DNA of 63,888 nucleotides from positions 1 to 63,888 of IMG/VR virus record IMGVR_UViG_3300012909_000005; one strand, 5' to 3'. The stretch is from a virus (Duplodnaviria; Caudoviricetes). Shown here in pieces: positions 46,546-55,078 of the stretch. Under the pieces are notes generated by a model. That model saw only the letters and a list, made by a program, of their open reading frames with translations, was not told the DNA's origin and searched no databases. The translations under genes and the position numbers were made by a program. Position 1 is the stretch's first letter, and each line of letters starts with the position of its first letter.

Positions 46546-47963
46546 AAAATTTTATTAATTGCTGCGTATACTTGAAATACTGAAAACTGAGTGCAGGGTG
46601 GGGCATCCTTATCTTCGATACATTCGACCCCTTCTACCGAAATAACGCTATGCCAACACTTGGGAGACCGGCATACATCTTTATGTTGAACAACTTCAAT
46701 GTTAGACAAATCAGGATAGATATATTCTGGGTTTACCGAACCGAACAAGATAACGGCCTTTGTGCCCATTGATACTGCAATATTAGCAGGACCGGAATCA
46801 ATACCTATGAACAAGTCGCTTCCTCCAAGGAGCCACATAAGCATCAATTCAGTGGGCGCATTCATTTCGATAGTCCCTTTAACCTTATCATGTTCTCCTT
46901 TCCCGATCAATACTACAGTATATCCTAATGCATTCAAGTGATCCGAAATCCTTGACCAATCTATCCCATATATATTCCTCCCGGGTTGCGCTCGTTTGTC
47001 TATATGAAGGACCGCATATTTTGGGAATAATTTATTCTCTGGTAGCCTTGGATTAAAGTTAAGTATTAGCCTTGGATTCCTTATTTCACCATCTGTTATC
47101 CCGGCCATTTCATAGTAGCTTGAAAGGTGTAATCTGACGGGTGTGACTTCATAGGCCATGTCGAGATTAATTTCCCTGATTGGTATTCTTTGGTCTAATT
47201 CCTGTGGATGATACACCTTAAAATGATGTTGCACAAACAGGTTAAAGAACTGCGGTAGTGTATTTAAAACAACCCTGTATCCTTTATTGTGAAAATGTTC
47301 AAGTACTGGTTCCAGCGCCACTATATCCCCAAGCGCCCCCTGCCGGGTGATCATTACCACTTCTTTAAACGCCTCGTGAAAATGACCATGAAATCCAAAT
47401 GTTTTACAGGTTGGAGCTTTTAATTCAAAAGAAAAAGTATCGGCCAAATCCTCTGTTGGGAATAAAATTCTATACTTTTCTTCTAAATGCCTTCTGTAGA
47501 GAATGCCAATTGACTGATCTTCGGGGTGCGTTATTTGAATAATCGGGTCAGTTGCTGTTGCAAATAATAAGGCATAACTCCTAAGACTAAACCCTCCATT
47601 ACCCACATTTCTATCGTGTTCGTAAACCCAAGGGGACCCAAAATAATCATAATTATAAAATTCATCATTCCACGAATCCCCGCATAAAACGTAACCGTCC
47701 CACTGAGTTACTAGTACAAATTCAGTCCAAATGTACTTAAATAACTCTTTTAAAACCCAATGGCTATATTCCTCTTTGGATGTTATTCTTTTTATTTTTA
47801 TCACCTCTATTTCATCCCCTGCATTTGGAATGTCAATATCAGTAAAGAATATAGTCCTTGCGGGCTTTATTTGGTCCAAAGATTTTCGTAAACTATAAAG
47901 AGCCTGACCGTAGTTTTTCGTATCACAAATCATTAACGTTACTCTATCTAATTCCTTTCTCAT
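46536..47963 (-). CDS. Bifunctional glycosyltransferase: DUF5672-like N-domain plus GT9 (heptosyltransferase-like) C-domain
   Basis: VTQWDGY, YDYFGSPW, VGNGGFSLRS, PED, FGFH; RQGALGDIV, FIGIDSGPANIA, LFGSVNP. Confidence 0.85.
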   Translation of the reverse strand: MRKELDRVTLMICDTKNYGQALYSLRKSLDQIKPARTIFFTDIDIPNAGDEIEVIKIKRITSKEEYSHWVLKELFKYIWTEFVLVTQWDGYVLCGDSWNDEFYNYDYFGSPWVYEHDRNVGNGGFSLRSYALLFATATDPIIQITHPEDQSIGILYRRHLEEKYRILFPTEDLADTFSFELKAPTCKTFGFHGHFHEAFKEVVMITRQGALGDIVALEPVLEHFHNKGYRVVLNTLPQFFNLFVQHHFKVYHPQELDQRIPIREINLDMAYEVTPVRLHLSSYYEMAGITDGEIRNPRLILNFNPRLPENKLFPKYAVLHIDKRAQPGRNIYGIDWSRISDHLNALGYTVVLIGKGEHDKVKGTIEMNAPTELMLMWLLGGSDLFIGIDSGPANIAVSMGTKAVILFGSVNPEYIYPDLSNIEVVQHKDVCRSPKCWHSVISVEGVECIEDKDAPPCTQFSVFQVYAAINKILCK

Positions 47964-48766
47964 TTCATTATTTGGTTTACGTAAAATTCAAGGGCTTCTT
48001 GGTATACAAAAGCATACCCGTCTATCCCGGTTGGTAATGTATTCGGAAACTCTTTACATACCTCCAAGATACGTGTAACTTTCATTGAGTCAGCCAAATG
48101 CCAGCAAAAACTTTGATTTCCTATAAATAACTCACAGCAAGATATCGCATTCGCCAATTCCAAAAAATCGGATATATCCAACATTGGTATACCCAATTTG
48201 AATTCTGAATTAAATTTTACTCGCTCCCGCTCCGTCCCGGCAAAAAGGATTCGCTCTTTATATTTATCTAAAAAGTAATAACTGATATATGGGTTTGTGT
48301 ATCTTTCGGTACGATTTATTATGATATTCCCCCTAAAATTTGATTCCGTTTGAGGGTCATACGCATAAATCCAAGATTCGGATAAGTCGCAAGCTAATTC
48401 CGGGAAGATATAAAAAGGCCAATGGTGTATATCTGAATACGGCATAGGTATAAGTGCCGCATCCCTTATTCTAATAAAATCCCAATCCACAGGCTGCCCT
48501 TCCCATTCGTAGAACCCTTCAACATATTCCTGGGCTTCAATAAGAGGCTTTAGCATGTCGAACATTCCCTTTGACATACTAATCGCTTCCCCTTCTTCAT
48601 TCTGCACTGGGTGGGTCGCATTAGGGTAATATCCGGCCTTTAATCCAATCTGCTGGTATATCTCAGTCTTTATCCCCTTTGTCCTATATAAGTGCTGAAA
48701 CCCAGGCAATGAGGCGATCAGGTCCCCGCTATTGAATTGGTGCTTTATTTTTAGAACATTTCCCAT
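47960..48766 (-). CDS. GT9-like glycosyltransferase
   Basis: SGDLIASLP; DFLELANAISCCELFIGNQSFCWHLA. Confidence 0.75.
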   Translation of the reverse strand: MGNVLKIKHQFNSGDLIASLPGFQHLYRTKGIKTEIYQQIGLKAGYYPNATHPVQNEEGEAISMSKGMFDMLKPLIEAQEYVEGFYEWEGQPVDWDFIRIRDAALIPMPYSDIHHWPFYIFPELACDLSESWIYAYDPQTESNFRGNIIINRTERYTNPYISYYFLDKYKERILFAGTERERVKFNSEFKLGIPMLDISDFLELANAISCCELFIGNQSFCWHLADSMKVTRILEVCKEFPNTLPTGIDGYAFVYQEALEFYVNQIMK

Positions 48767-48780
48767 TATTGGAATTATCT

Positions 48781-48788
48781 TATATTTG
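48781..48788 (+). promoter_or_regulatory. -7 element TATATTTG
   Basis: TAnnTTTG upstream of isolated + strand gene 48853. Confidence 0.6.
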
Positions 48789-48852
48789 GACTGAATTAAG
48801 GCAATACCAACAAAGGATAAGCCTAATTATTAATCTTTAAATTTAAAACAAA

Positions 48853-49104
48853 ATGGCACTAACAGGAAGAATCGTAGCATCTATTTACAGGTACAATGCC
48901 TATGACATCCCTAATGCGGCTCCCGGTAGAACGAACAGCTTTCCATCCGCTGGCTGCTTTTTTTATCAAGCCCCCTTGGGAATCACCTCAAATGGAGTTA
49001 CTATCAACTCTATTATCGAACTGCTCCCCACTGGATTAAATGTACCTTCCACCAAGTATTACACCGACTCAACAATCACCCAGTTGAACAGCAACGGAAG
49101 CTAG
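48853..49104 (+). CDS. Small S/T/N-rich protein, possibly structural
   Basis: A-rich start context (TTTAAAACAAAATG); own promoter and terminator. Confidence 0.75.
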   Translation: MALTGRIVASIYRYNAYDIPNAAPGRTNSFPSAGCFFYQAPLGITSNGVTINSIIELLPTGLNVPSTKYYTDSTITQLNSNGS

Positions 49105-49126
49105 TACACCCTGAATTTATTTGGTT

Positions 49127-49157
49127 AAAGACTCTGTATTTCTACAGGGTCTTTTTT
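49127..49157. terminator. Terminator at convergence point
   Basis: AAAGACTCTGTA-TTTC-TACAGGGTCTTT stem plus T run. Confidence 0.7.
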
Positions 49158-49639
49158 AGTTGTTCGTTTATATACTTTTCCCATCTGGCTTGTTCGGTGG
49201 TTTTTCGGCCATGGGACGTTTCGGCATCATATTGATCTTGTATTGATCTTTCTATCTTCCACCAGTCATCATATAACTTCCAAATTTCGTTTTTCATGGA
49301 TTCCGGGATCCCTCTTTTCTTTACTAATGCATCCTTTAATCGATTGCCAATGAGAGCTGAAATAGTTACGTGCAATTGTTCATGAGACAATACGTACGGG
49401 TTATTAGTTGTTGTCCATGAACGGTGTTCCTCTATTCCACATTCTAGATATGGGTAACACTCCCCGTTTTCTATAGAATCAGTAAGAATCCATTGACATT
49501 GAACGTTGGCTATAAAACCAGCCGATACCTCCTTTGCATCCGGCTTCCCTTTAAAATCTTCCCAAGTTAGTTTCCGATACTCCACCCGTTCCGGATATCC
49601 AAAATTAAATAGCAGGGTAATAAGAATTATTACTTTCAT
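49142..49639 (-). CDS. Exported DUF922-like putative zinc protease
   Basis: Signal peptide; RKLTWEDFKGKP; VLSHEQLH (HExxH); QDQYDAETSHG...QARW. Confidence 0.75.
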   Translation of the reverse strand: MKVIILITLLFNFGYPERVEYRKLTWEDFKGKPDAKEVSAGFIANVQCQWILTDSIENGECYPYLECGIEEHRSWTTTNNPYVLSHEQLHVTISALIGNRLKDALVKKRGIPESMKNEIWKLYDDWWKIERSIQDQYDAETSHGRKTTEQARWEKYINEQLKKTL

Positions 49640-49854
49640 GGTTGAGACGGTTTGTTGAGGTCGTTATACATTGCTAAAAAAGATTGATTTGCATAATTTT
49701 CAAAAGTTATCGGGTCAATATATTCCGGGGATACGAAATTTATATTTCGCAAAATAGCGTCGATTTTTTCAATCACTATCCTCCTGTGGGTATACTGTGC
49801 AAGCCAGTACTTACCATGTAACCAGATACGAAGTATTCTTAGTTTCTTTTTCAT
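49636..49854 (-). CDS. Hypothetical protein
   Basis: ATGA-coupled ORF. Confidence 0.5.
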   Translation of the reverse strand: MKKKLRILRIWLHGKYWLAQYTHRRIVIEKIDAILRNINFVSPEYIDPITFENYANQSFLAMYNDLNKPSQP

Positions 49855-49860
49855 GTTTTT

Positions 49861-50076
49861 TTATACGCTGACTACCCAACCCTTTAGGGCTTCGGTTAAT
49901 AATTGTACAATTTCTGGAATATAACCATTGAAAGTGTTGTCGCAATCCCTGACTTGATCGTCGCCTGTTTCTTCATAGGAAATTTTTCCTTTGTGGATAG
50001 TACAATATCCTTGGTCATGATACGCGATTGTGAATTTACCGGATTTAAGAAGTTCAATTACTTTTTCTCTTTCCAT
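49861..50076 (-). CDS. Hypothetical protein
   Basis: ORF with AAACCATG start. Confidence 0.6.
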   Translation of the reverse strand: MEREKVIELLKSGKFTIAYHDQGYCTIHKGKISYEETGDDQVRDCDNTFNGYIPEIVQLLTEALKGWVVSV

Positions 50077-50106
50077 GGTTTATTCTTTAGGTAGTGATTG
50101 AAAGGG

Positions 50107-50517
50107 TTAACATTTTTTTCCGCCGTGCTTATATGAACGGGTTTCGTTGTAGCGTATTTTCTGCATAATATGCCATTCCAAGTCTATCCCTTTGAAGGCA
50201 CACATATCCATAACCCTGATAACGACATCGGCCAATTCATCGCCAAAAGAATTTTTAACTTCGACGGTAAACCAGTTATTCCACGCGTCTGGATTAGAAT
50301 CAATAATATCAAAAGCCCACCTGCTACCAGTGCTTTCTTTTAGCCTCCTAGTATTGGCATCATAGAAACGGTTGATTCTATCGGCCTCCATTGCTTCGCT
50401 AACTTCCGTTACGATTAGCATCAGCATTTCCCCTATGTTTTTATTCTCTCCTTCTTCAAAGAACCCTTTAGCCTTTGCGTTTTGGTGAATTCTATTTGAA
50501 ATGGCTTTTATGTCCAT
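50107..50517 (-). CDS. MazG-like nucleotide pyrophosphohydrolase
   Basis: LMLIVTEVSEAMEADR...DELADVVIRVMD...KIRYNETRSYKHGGK; likely ATG 50517. Confidence 0.8.
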   Translation of the reverse strand: MDIKAISNRIHQNAKAKGFFEEGENKNIGEMLMLIVTEVSEAMEADRINRFYDANTRRLKESTGSRWAFDIIDSNPDAWNNWFTVEVKNSFGDELADVVIRVMDMCAFKGIDLEWHIMQKIRYNETRSYKHGGKKC

Positions 50518-50567
50518 CTTGTTTAGTTTATATAGTGAAGTTAGGGGGTTAAGGGTACGGATTGGGA

Positions 50568-50813
50568 TTAGTACTGCCAAGTAACGGCCTTGACTGCCCA
50601 CATCTGGGAGGTTTGAGCTTCGGTAATGGCAATAGATAACTGGCGCTTTACTTCCGGATTGTCGGAGACGTCTTTAGCGGCTGCCAAGGCATCAATCAAA
50701 TCGGCATATTTTTCCTTAAAGGCATTAACCAATGGGTGTCCACCGGGATTGAATGTTACTCCTACAGCCTTTTGACCAAATGTTAATGTAGTCGCTTTTG
50801 TTTCTTCTGGCAT
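50568..50813 (-). CDS. Acb2/Tad1-like helical hairpin protein (candidate cyclic-nucleotide sponge)
   Basis: FNPGG...KEKYADLID...RQLSIAITEAQTSQMWAVKAVT resembles the Acb2 C-terminal R.LAI..T..QT..M..I.A pattern. Confidence 0.6.
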   Translation of the reverse strand: MPEETKATTLTFGQKAVGVTFNPGGHPLVNAFKEKYADLIDALAAAKDVSDNPEVKRQLSIAITEAQTSQMWAVKAVTWQY

Positions 50814-50824
50814 TTTATATTTGT

Positions 50825-51205
50825 TTAAATGGTGACTATTTGTATGCGGACGGTTTGTTTTTCCACTCCCTTTATAGGATACCAGATTTGATTGAAGATA
50901 TACTGTCGAGATATGGAATCATACTTTGGTTTGTTATTGATATCTCTAACTGTATCTTTTGTATTTGCGATTAGGATTATCCAGTTGGTGTCGGATACTA
51001 TCTTTCCCTTGTCTTCGAGAGTATCCAGGACTTTTGTTTGGGAGATTGTATACCTTCCTAAGGCCATTTGATAGTTACCTCCTTGGATGTGATAGAGGAC
51101 GTTCATGGGCTTGGTAGTGTCTGACTTACTGGATGTCTTCGTGCCCTTGTTACTACTACATGCTACAAATAAAAATACTGAAAGAATAACTAAGATGTAC
51201 TTCAT
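50825..51205 (-). CDS. Lipoprotein
   Basis: MKYILVILSVFLFVA-C; sequons DTT, DTL, DTV, DSI. Confidence 0.75.
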   Translation of the reverse strand: MKYILVILSVFLFVACSSNKGTKTSSKSDTTKPMNVLYHIQGGNYQMALGRYTISQTKVLDTLEDKGKIVSDTNWIILIANTKDTVRDINNKPKYDSISRQYIFNQIWYPIKGVEKQTVRIQIVTI

Positions 51206-51224
51206 GGTTTTGTTTTATTGATTT

Positions 51225-51563
51225 TTAAATTGAATCCTCTAATTCTGAAACCTCTCTCCGAACCATTTCGTCTGTCTCCATCCTATCCTGAATGGCTTTT
51301 ATCGAATGCATGGCGGTTGTATGATCTTTTTTGAATAGCTCACCAATCTCCTTCAAGGTCATGTTTGTATTTTTACTTAGAATATACATAAGCACCTGTC
51401 TTGGGTAAACGATATGTTGATATCTTGATCGTCTGCAAACTTCGTGAAAACTTAGACAAAAATGGCCAAGCACGATATTTATTATTCTATCCGAATTTAT
51501 AAACCCTCTTGCAGGTATACTCCTACTTCTAAACTTTAACCCCGGAATCGCTAAGTAATTCAT
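51225..51563 (-). CDS. Stand-alone DnaA C-terminal (domain IV-like) HTH protein
   Basis: SR...IVYPRQVLMYI......TLKEIGELFKKDHTTAMHSIKAI. Confidence 0.85.
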   Translation of the reverse strand: MNYLAIPGLKFRSRSIPARGFINSDRIINIVLGHFCLSFHEVCRRSRYQHIVYPRQVLMYILSKNTNMTLKEIGELFKKDHTTAMHSIKAIQDRMETDEMVRREVSELEDSI

Positions 51564-51823
51564 ATCTGCATATCTTTTGAGTACTGAAATAAAACCGTAT
51601 CCGGTAATATGGACAAATCCATCTCTTGAAGTTCTTTGAAAGCTCCCGTCCCTCTAGGTAAGTGTATTTTATCAACTGAGCTTTTACGTTGAGGATTATT
51701 AATCACATCAGACACTGTTGAAGTAGAAAATCCAACTACTGATGCTATTCCCTTTTTTGACATGCCGCCAGCGAATAAATTCCTAATTTCCTGATATTTT
51801 TCAGGCGTTAGCCTATTTCTCAT
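51560..51823 (-). CDS. HTH DNA-binding protein
   Basis: IRNLFAGGMSKKGIASVVGFSTSTVSDVI. Confidence 0.7.
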   Translation of the reverse strand: MRNRLTPEKYQEIRNLFAGGMSKKGIASVVGFSTSTVSDVINNPQRKSSVDKIHLPRGTGAFKELQEMDLSILPDTVLFQYSKDMQI

Positions 51824-51993
51824 TTTAGTAAAATTTTTAAGTACCCCTTACCTTTACATTTGGGGCAGCTTTCTTTGCCAATGTTCGAAGGAGCTAACTT
51901 ATCCATTATCCACGAAATACCTAAAGTGGCTATGACTTCCAACTTATCCCGAACCAATCCAGTTCCTTTACACTTCGGACATTCTGTTCTCAT
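51820..51993 (-). CDS. 57-aa DnaJ-type zinc-finger protein (not in ORF track)
   Basis: MRTECPKCKGTG...ESCPKCKGKGYLKILLK; ATGA overlaps at both ends. Confidence 0.75.
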   Translation of the reverse strand: MRTECPKCKGTGLVRDKLEVIATLGISWIMDKLAPSNIGKESCPKCKGKGYLKILLK

Positions 51994-52283
51994 TGTAAGA
52001 GGTATTCAAGCGTAATTAATACTTTAGCTACCTGTTTGATCCCGTCTTGATCCAACTGCCCTTTCGAAAATTCCTCAGCCTGAACTAAAATATTTGAATA
52101 TTCTTCATCTGGCAGCAATTCAATGTCCTTAATCTTCCCATCCCGAACCAATCCTCCATATGCATAACACATAATGGACTTAATGCAGCTTGAAGCAACC
52201 ATTGCTCCCATCCAGGCTACGTTATCCTTTTGGAATATGTCGGCTTGCTTGCGGGCCAACTCGAAAGAGCTATTCTGGTTCAT
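51990..52283 (-). CDS. Hypothetical protein
   Basis: Coupled ORF in replication operon. Confidence 0.6.
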   Translation of the reverse strand: MNQNSSFELARKQADIFQKDNVAWMGAMVASSCIKSIMCYAYGGLVRDGKIKDIELLPDEEYSNILVQAEEFSKGQLDQDGIKQVAKVLITLEYLLQ

Positions 52284-52899
52284 CCTTTTGATACATGGTT
52301 TGCATTAATCCTAACACGGTTTTTGCGTCCTCATCGCGACCAAGTTCCAAACTTTCGCTACGACGTCTTGTATCCTGCCCGCTGACCTTTGCCTGCGTAT
52401 GCTGTTCATCCCGGATACCCTGTAGCGTCTCCCATCGTTTTTGCCGATATTGCTCAAAATACTCAAAGAAGGAAGGCATATCGATGTTTTGGTTTATTTT
52501 CCCCATTTTCCCCATCAAAAAATCTTTCAGGAACAAAAGAACATCCTCAATAGATAATTGGTCCTCATAGGCAGAATCAATGATATTTTCGGCTAATTCC
52601 ACAATTTGTTCCGCAGTCATCTTCACCTTGTCTATGTTCCTGAAAGCGCTTAATAGGGACGCCGCTAAGGCCATAGATACATCCTGCCTACCCTCCGGTG
52701 TTTTTGCCAACTCTGGTATTCTTTGCTCCCTTGGAATGGCCAACGTCTTACTATAATCTACCGTTCCCCGCTCCCTGTACAAGGCCAGCATTTGATTAAC
52801 ACCTTGGCTATCCTTCTGTACCATTACGCTTAATATAGACGGCTTTGAGATCGTCATTTGCTGGTTTGCCTGCTGTTTTTTTTGAGGTAGATTCTCCAT
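52270..52899 (-). CDS. Putative replication accessory (helicase-loader-like) protein
   Basis: MTAEQIVELA..I...Y..LSIEDVLLF...G.MGKI; follows initiator-like genes. Confidence 0.45.
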   Translation of the reverse strand: MENLPQKKQQANQQMTISKPSILSVMVQKDSQGVNQMLALYRERGTVDYSKTLAIPREQRIPELAKTPEGRQDVSMALAASLLSAFRNIDKVKMTAEQIVELAENIIDSAYEDQLSIEDVLLFLKDFLMGKMGKINQNIDMPSFFEYFEQYRQKRWETLQGIRDEQHTQAKVSGQDTRRRSESLELGRDEDAKTVLGLMQTMYQKDEPE

Positions 52900-53140
52900 C
52901 TTTATCTTTTTTAGGGTTATGAACTTTGTAAAATCCTTTCCAATTCCTTGAAATACTTCTGTTTACGATTCGTTTGGCGTGATCTTCGTCGCCCTCTGCC
53001 ATGTCTACCAATTCATTAAGCGCCGCTTGTTCGCTTATTGGATTAGCGTATTTGAAATGATGAGTCTCCCAGCGCCACGTTTTCCACATTTCCCAAGTTT
53101 GATCGAAGGCTTCCGTAAAGGGGCTTGTTAGCTTATGCAT
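52808..53140 (-). CDS. Replication-initiator C-terminal-like protein
   Basis: FDQTWEMWKTWR...YANPISEQAALNEL...IVNRSISRNWKGF pattern seen at initiator C-termini. Confidence 0.55.
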   Translation of the reverse strand: MHKLTSPFTEAFDQTWEMWKTWRWETHHFKYANPISEQAALNELVDMAEGDEDHAKRIVNRSISRNWKGFYKVHNPKKDKDGESTSKKTAGKPANDDLKAVYIKRNGTEG

Positions 53141-53166
53141 AGTTTTGTTTATTTTTCCGTAGTAAC

Positions 53167-53913
53167 TTATGCCCTCAGATAGTTTAATTCCATTCTACGT
53201 TCTATCAAGATAGAGCCGTCTTTAATGAATGCATGGGGAGGCATCAACCCCTGTATTTTCATTTGTATTAAGGCCGTCCGCAGGACCCCCCACGGAGTGG
53301 TCTCCCCGAAGGGGCCGCCGGAGGCTATCACAATACTATACCTCCGCTTACCTGAGAGTAAGCCTAATTTAAGCAATTTAGCTCTTATGGCCGCTCCCTG
53401 AGAAGGCGACAATCCTAATACCTTTCCAAACCCAATTGCTGACAAGCCAGTATAACAGCTATAGAACCTTTCATTAAGATTATTGGGGACGGCCCCTGGG
53501 CATTTTTGTACTCCGGTCTTCTTAATGTTATACTCCTGTGTCGCTAGGTTAAAACGTATTATTTGCGCTCTTAATAGACTTAATTGATTTTTGTGATCTA
53601 CCGGGACCCCGATAGTTTTACGCCCCCAATCCGACCATAATTTCCTCATACCCTTGAATGTGAGATTCCTCGAATGATCTCCTACCAATCCCCGACGCCT
53701 CAACTCCTTTAGATGGTGAGATAGACAGGCTGGCGAACAATTCAATTTTTTCGACAGGTTGCGAAGGTTGAAGTTATAATGTGTATTGTTTACATATAAG
53801 CTCTTCATCCTGACAAAGTATGCCAAGGACCGGGACCACCCTTCTTTGTTGGCCTCCTTAATGAGCTTTATAGGAAGAAATACAGTTGACCTCAATTCGT
53901 CAGATTTTAGCAA
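53167..53913 (-). CDS. Winged-HTH protein, candidate replication initiator (start uncertain)
   Basis: NLRNLSKKLNCSPACLSHHLKELRRRGLV HTH; upstream part of ORF 53167..54105 looks like a noncoding leader. Confidence 0.55.
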   Translation of the reverse strand: MLKSDELRSTVFLPIKLIKEANKEGWSRSLAYFVRMKSLYVNNTHYNFNLRNLSKKLNCSPACLSHHLKELRRRGLVGDHSRNLTFKGMRKLWSDWGRKTIGVPVDHKNQLSLLRAQIIRFNLATQEYNIKKTGVQKCPGAVPNNLNERFYSCYTGLSAIGFGKVLGLSPSQGAAIRAKLLKLGLLSGKRRYSIVIASGGPFGETTPWGVLRTALIQMKIQGLMPPHAFIKDGSILIERRMELNYLRA

Positions 53914-54133
53914 TAAAAAAAGCCCCGTGAATAAACACGCGGCCCTCGTTGCTAGACGAATAATCCAATTAAAAGCGCATATGATTGACCGGCTGGATTG
54001 CCGATGAAGTGCCGTAAAGATAGTACTTTTATCAAAGTTGCAAACTTTTAATGGATAATTTAATTCTAGCATTGTAAATGTATTTCTGTTTCTTAAACTG
54101 GCCAAATTTATTTATCCTATTATAGAGAGGGGG

Positions 54134-54430
54134 TTAGGCGTTTACTTTTTCTTCAAGTTCGGTTTCAAGTCGGTTTATTTCGGTGGCAGCATCTTCAAGT
54201 TCAGATTCTAGGGCTTCTCCCCATTCCCTTAGTTCCCGATTGCTTGACCTTAAATCTTCCAAGCGCCCAATAATATCGTCAATATCCCATTCGCAGTCTT
54301 TAAATCGCTGATAGTTGTCGTCTGACTTATCCGTATATCTCATCCCTTCTTTGGCAGTTTGGGCTATGGCTTGCAGCATCTTTATTACCTTATCAACATC
54401 CGGGCATGTATATTTAACTGGGGCGCTCAT
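54134..54430 (-). CDS. Coiled-coil hypothetical protein
   Basis: TCPDVDKVI...LEDLRSSNRELREWG. Confidence 0.65.
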   Translation of the reverse strand: MSAPVKYTCPDVDKVIKMLQAIAQTAKEGMRYTDKSDDNYQRFKDCEWDIDDIIGRLEDLRSSNRELREWGEALESELEDAATEINRLETELEEKVNA

Positions 54431-54468
54431 AATCGTTCACTTTAATTAATTCAAGGTATAGGAGTGTA

Positions 54469-54771
54469 TTAAATTACAATTACCTTCCATTCTTTTCTTT
54501 CTTGTTCCCATTCTACAAAATATTTATAACTTTCATCCCCATGGAAAGATTGAGTTATTTCATATCTTGGTATTCGAATTCCCGGTTCGTATGTCCATTG
54601 CAAAAAGGACGTAACTAATAATCCTAGTTCTGGCTCGGACCACCTGCCTTTTGCTTTGTCTATCACCCTTTGAATATCCTCCATTACGTTCTCTGGGAAT
54701 CCATCATGGCCCCGATATACGAAATACTCTTCATCGCCTTCTTTAAATCTAATTGTTGCTCTTGTTCCCAT
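54469..54771 (-). CDS. Conserved hypothetical phage protein
   Basis: MGTRATI...VYRGHDGFPE motif. Confidence 0.65.
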   Translation of the reverse strand: MGTRATIRFKEGDEEYFVYRGHDGFPENVMEDIQRVIDKAKGRWSEPELGLLVTSFLQWTYEPGIRIPRYEITQSFHGDESYKYFVEWEQERKEWKVIVI

Positions 54772-54777
54772 ATTTTT

Positions 54778-55077
54778 TTATTTCTTTTGTTCTGATTTTT
54801 CTCCTTCTGGATACCAAGGACTGGGCGCTACCATGTTACCGGATTTGTCTTTATATTCTTCATCTTTCAGCCATATTTGAACGTCTCCCATCATATCCGT
54901 TGTGACCCCTATTTTCGTCTTACACCCCTTACATTTTATGTAGATGAATGACTTTTTACTCTTTTGTAGTTTTGCGTCATAATCCTCTCCGGAATGCTCA
55001 CATTTACATTTTGGGCACTCAAATTTATCATACGCCATGCTCAAATGAAATCCAGGACCATATACTCCATATCCCAT
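54778..55077 (-). CDS. Zinc-ribbon protein
   Basis: CPKC...CKGC; likely ATG 55077. Confidence 0.65.
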   Translation of the reverse strand: MGYGVYGPGFHLSMAYDKFECPKCKCEHSGEDYDAKLQKSKKSFIYIKCKGCKTKIGVTTDMMGDVQIWLKDEEYKDKSGNMVAPSPWYPEGEKSEQKK

Positions 55078-55078
55078 G

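Noticed and set aside
4280-48766. Stop-codon reassignment as in some crAss-like phages
   Set aside because: Structural genes are long and intact in code 11, and TGA/TAG act as coupled stops (many ATGA overlaps); I noticed only one isolated in-frame TGA.
51906-51914. DnaA box-like TTATCCACG near the DnaA-domain gene
   Set aside because: Single one-mismatch 9-mer inside a CDS; expected by chance, with no cluster.
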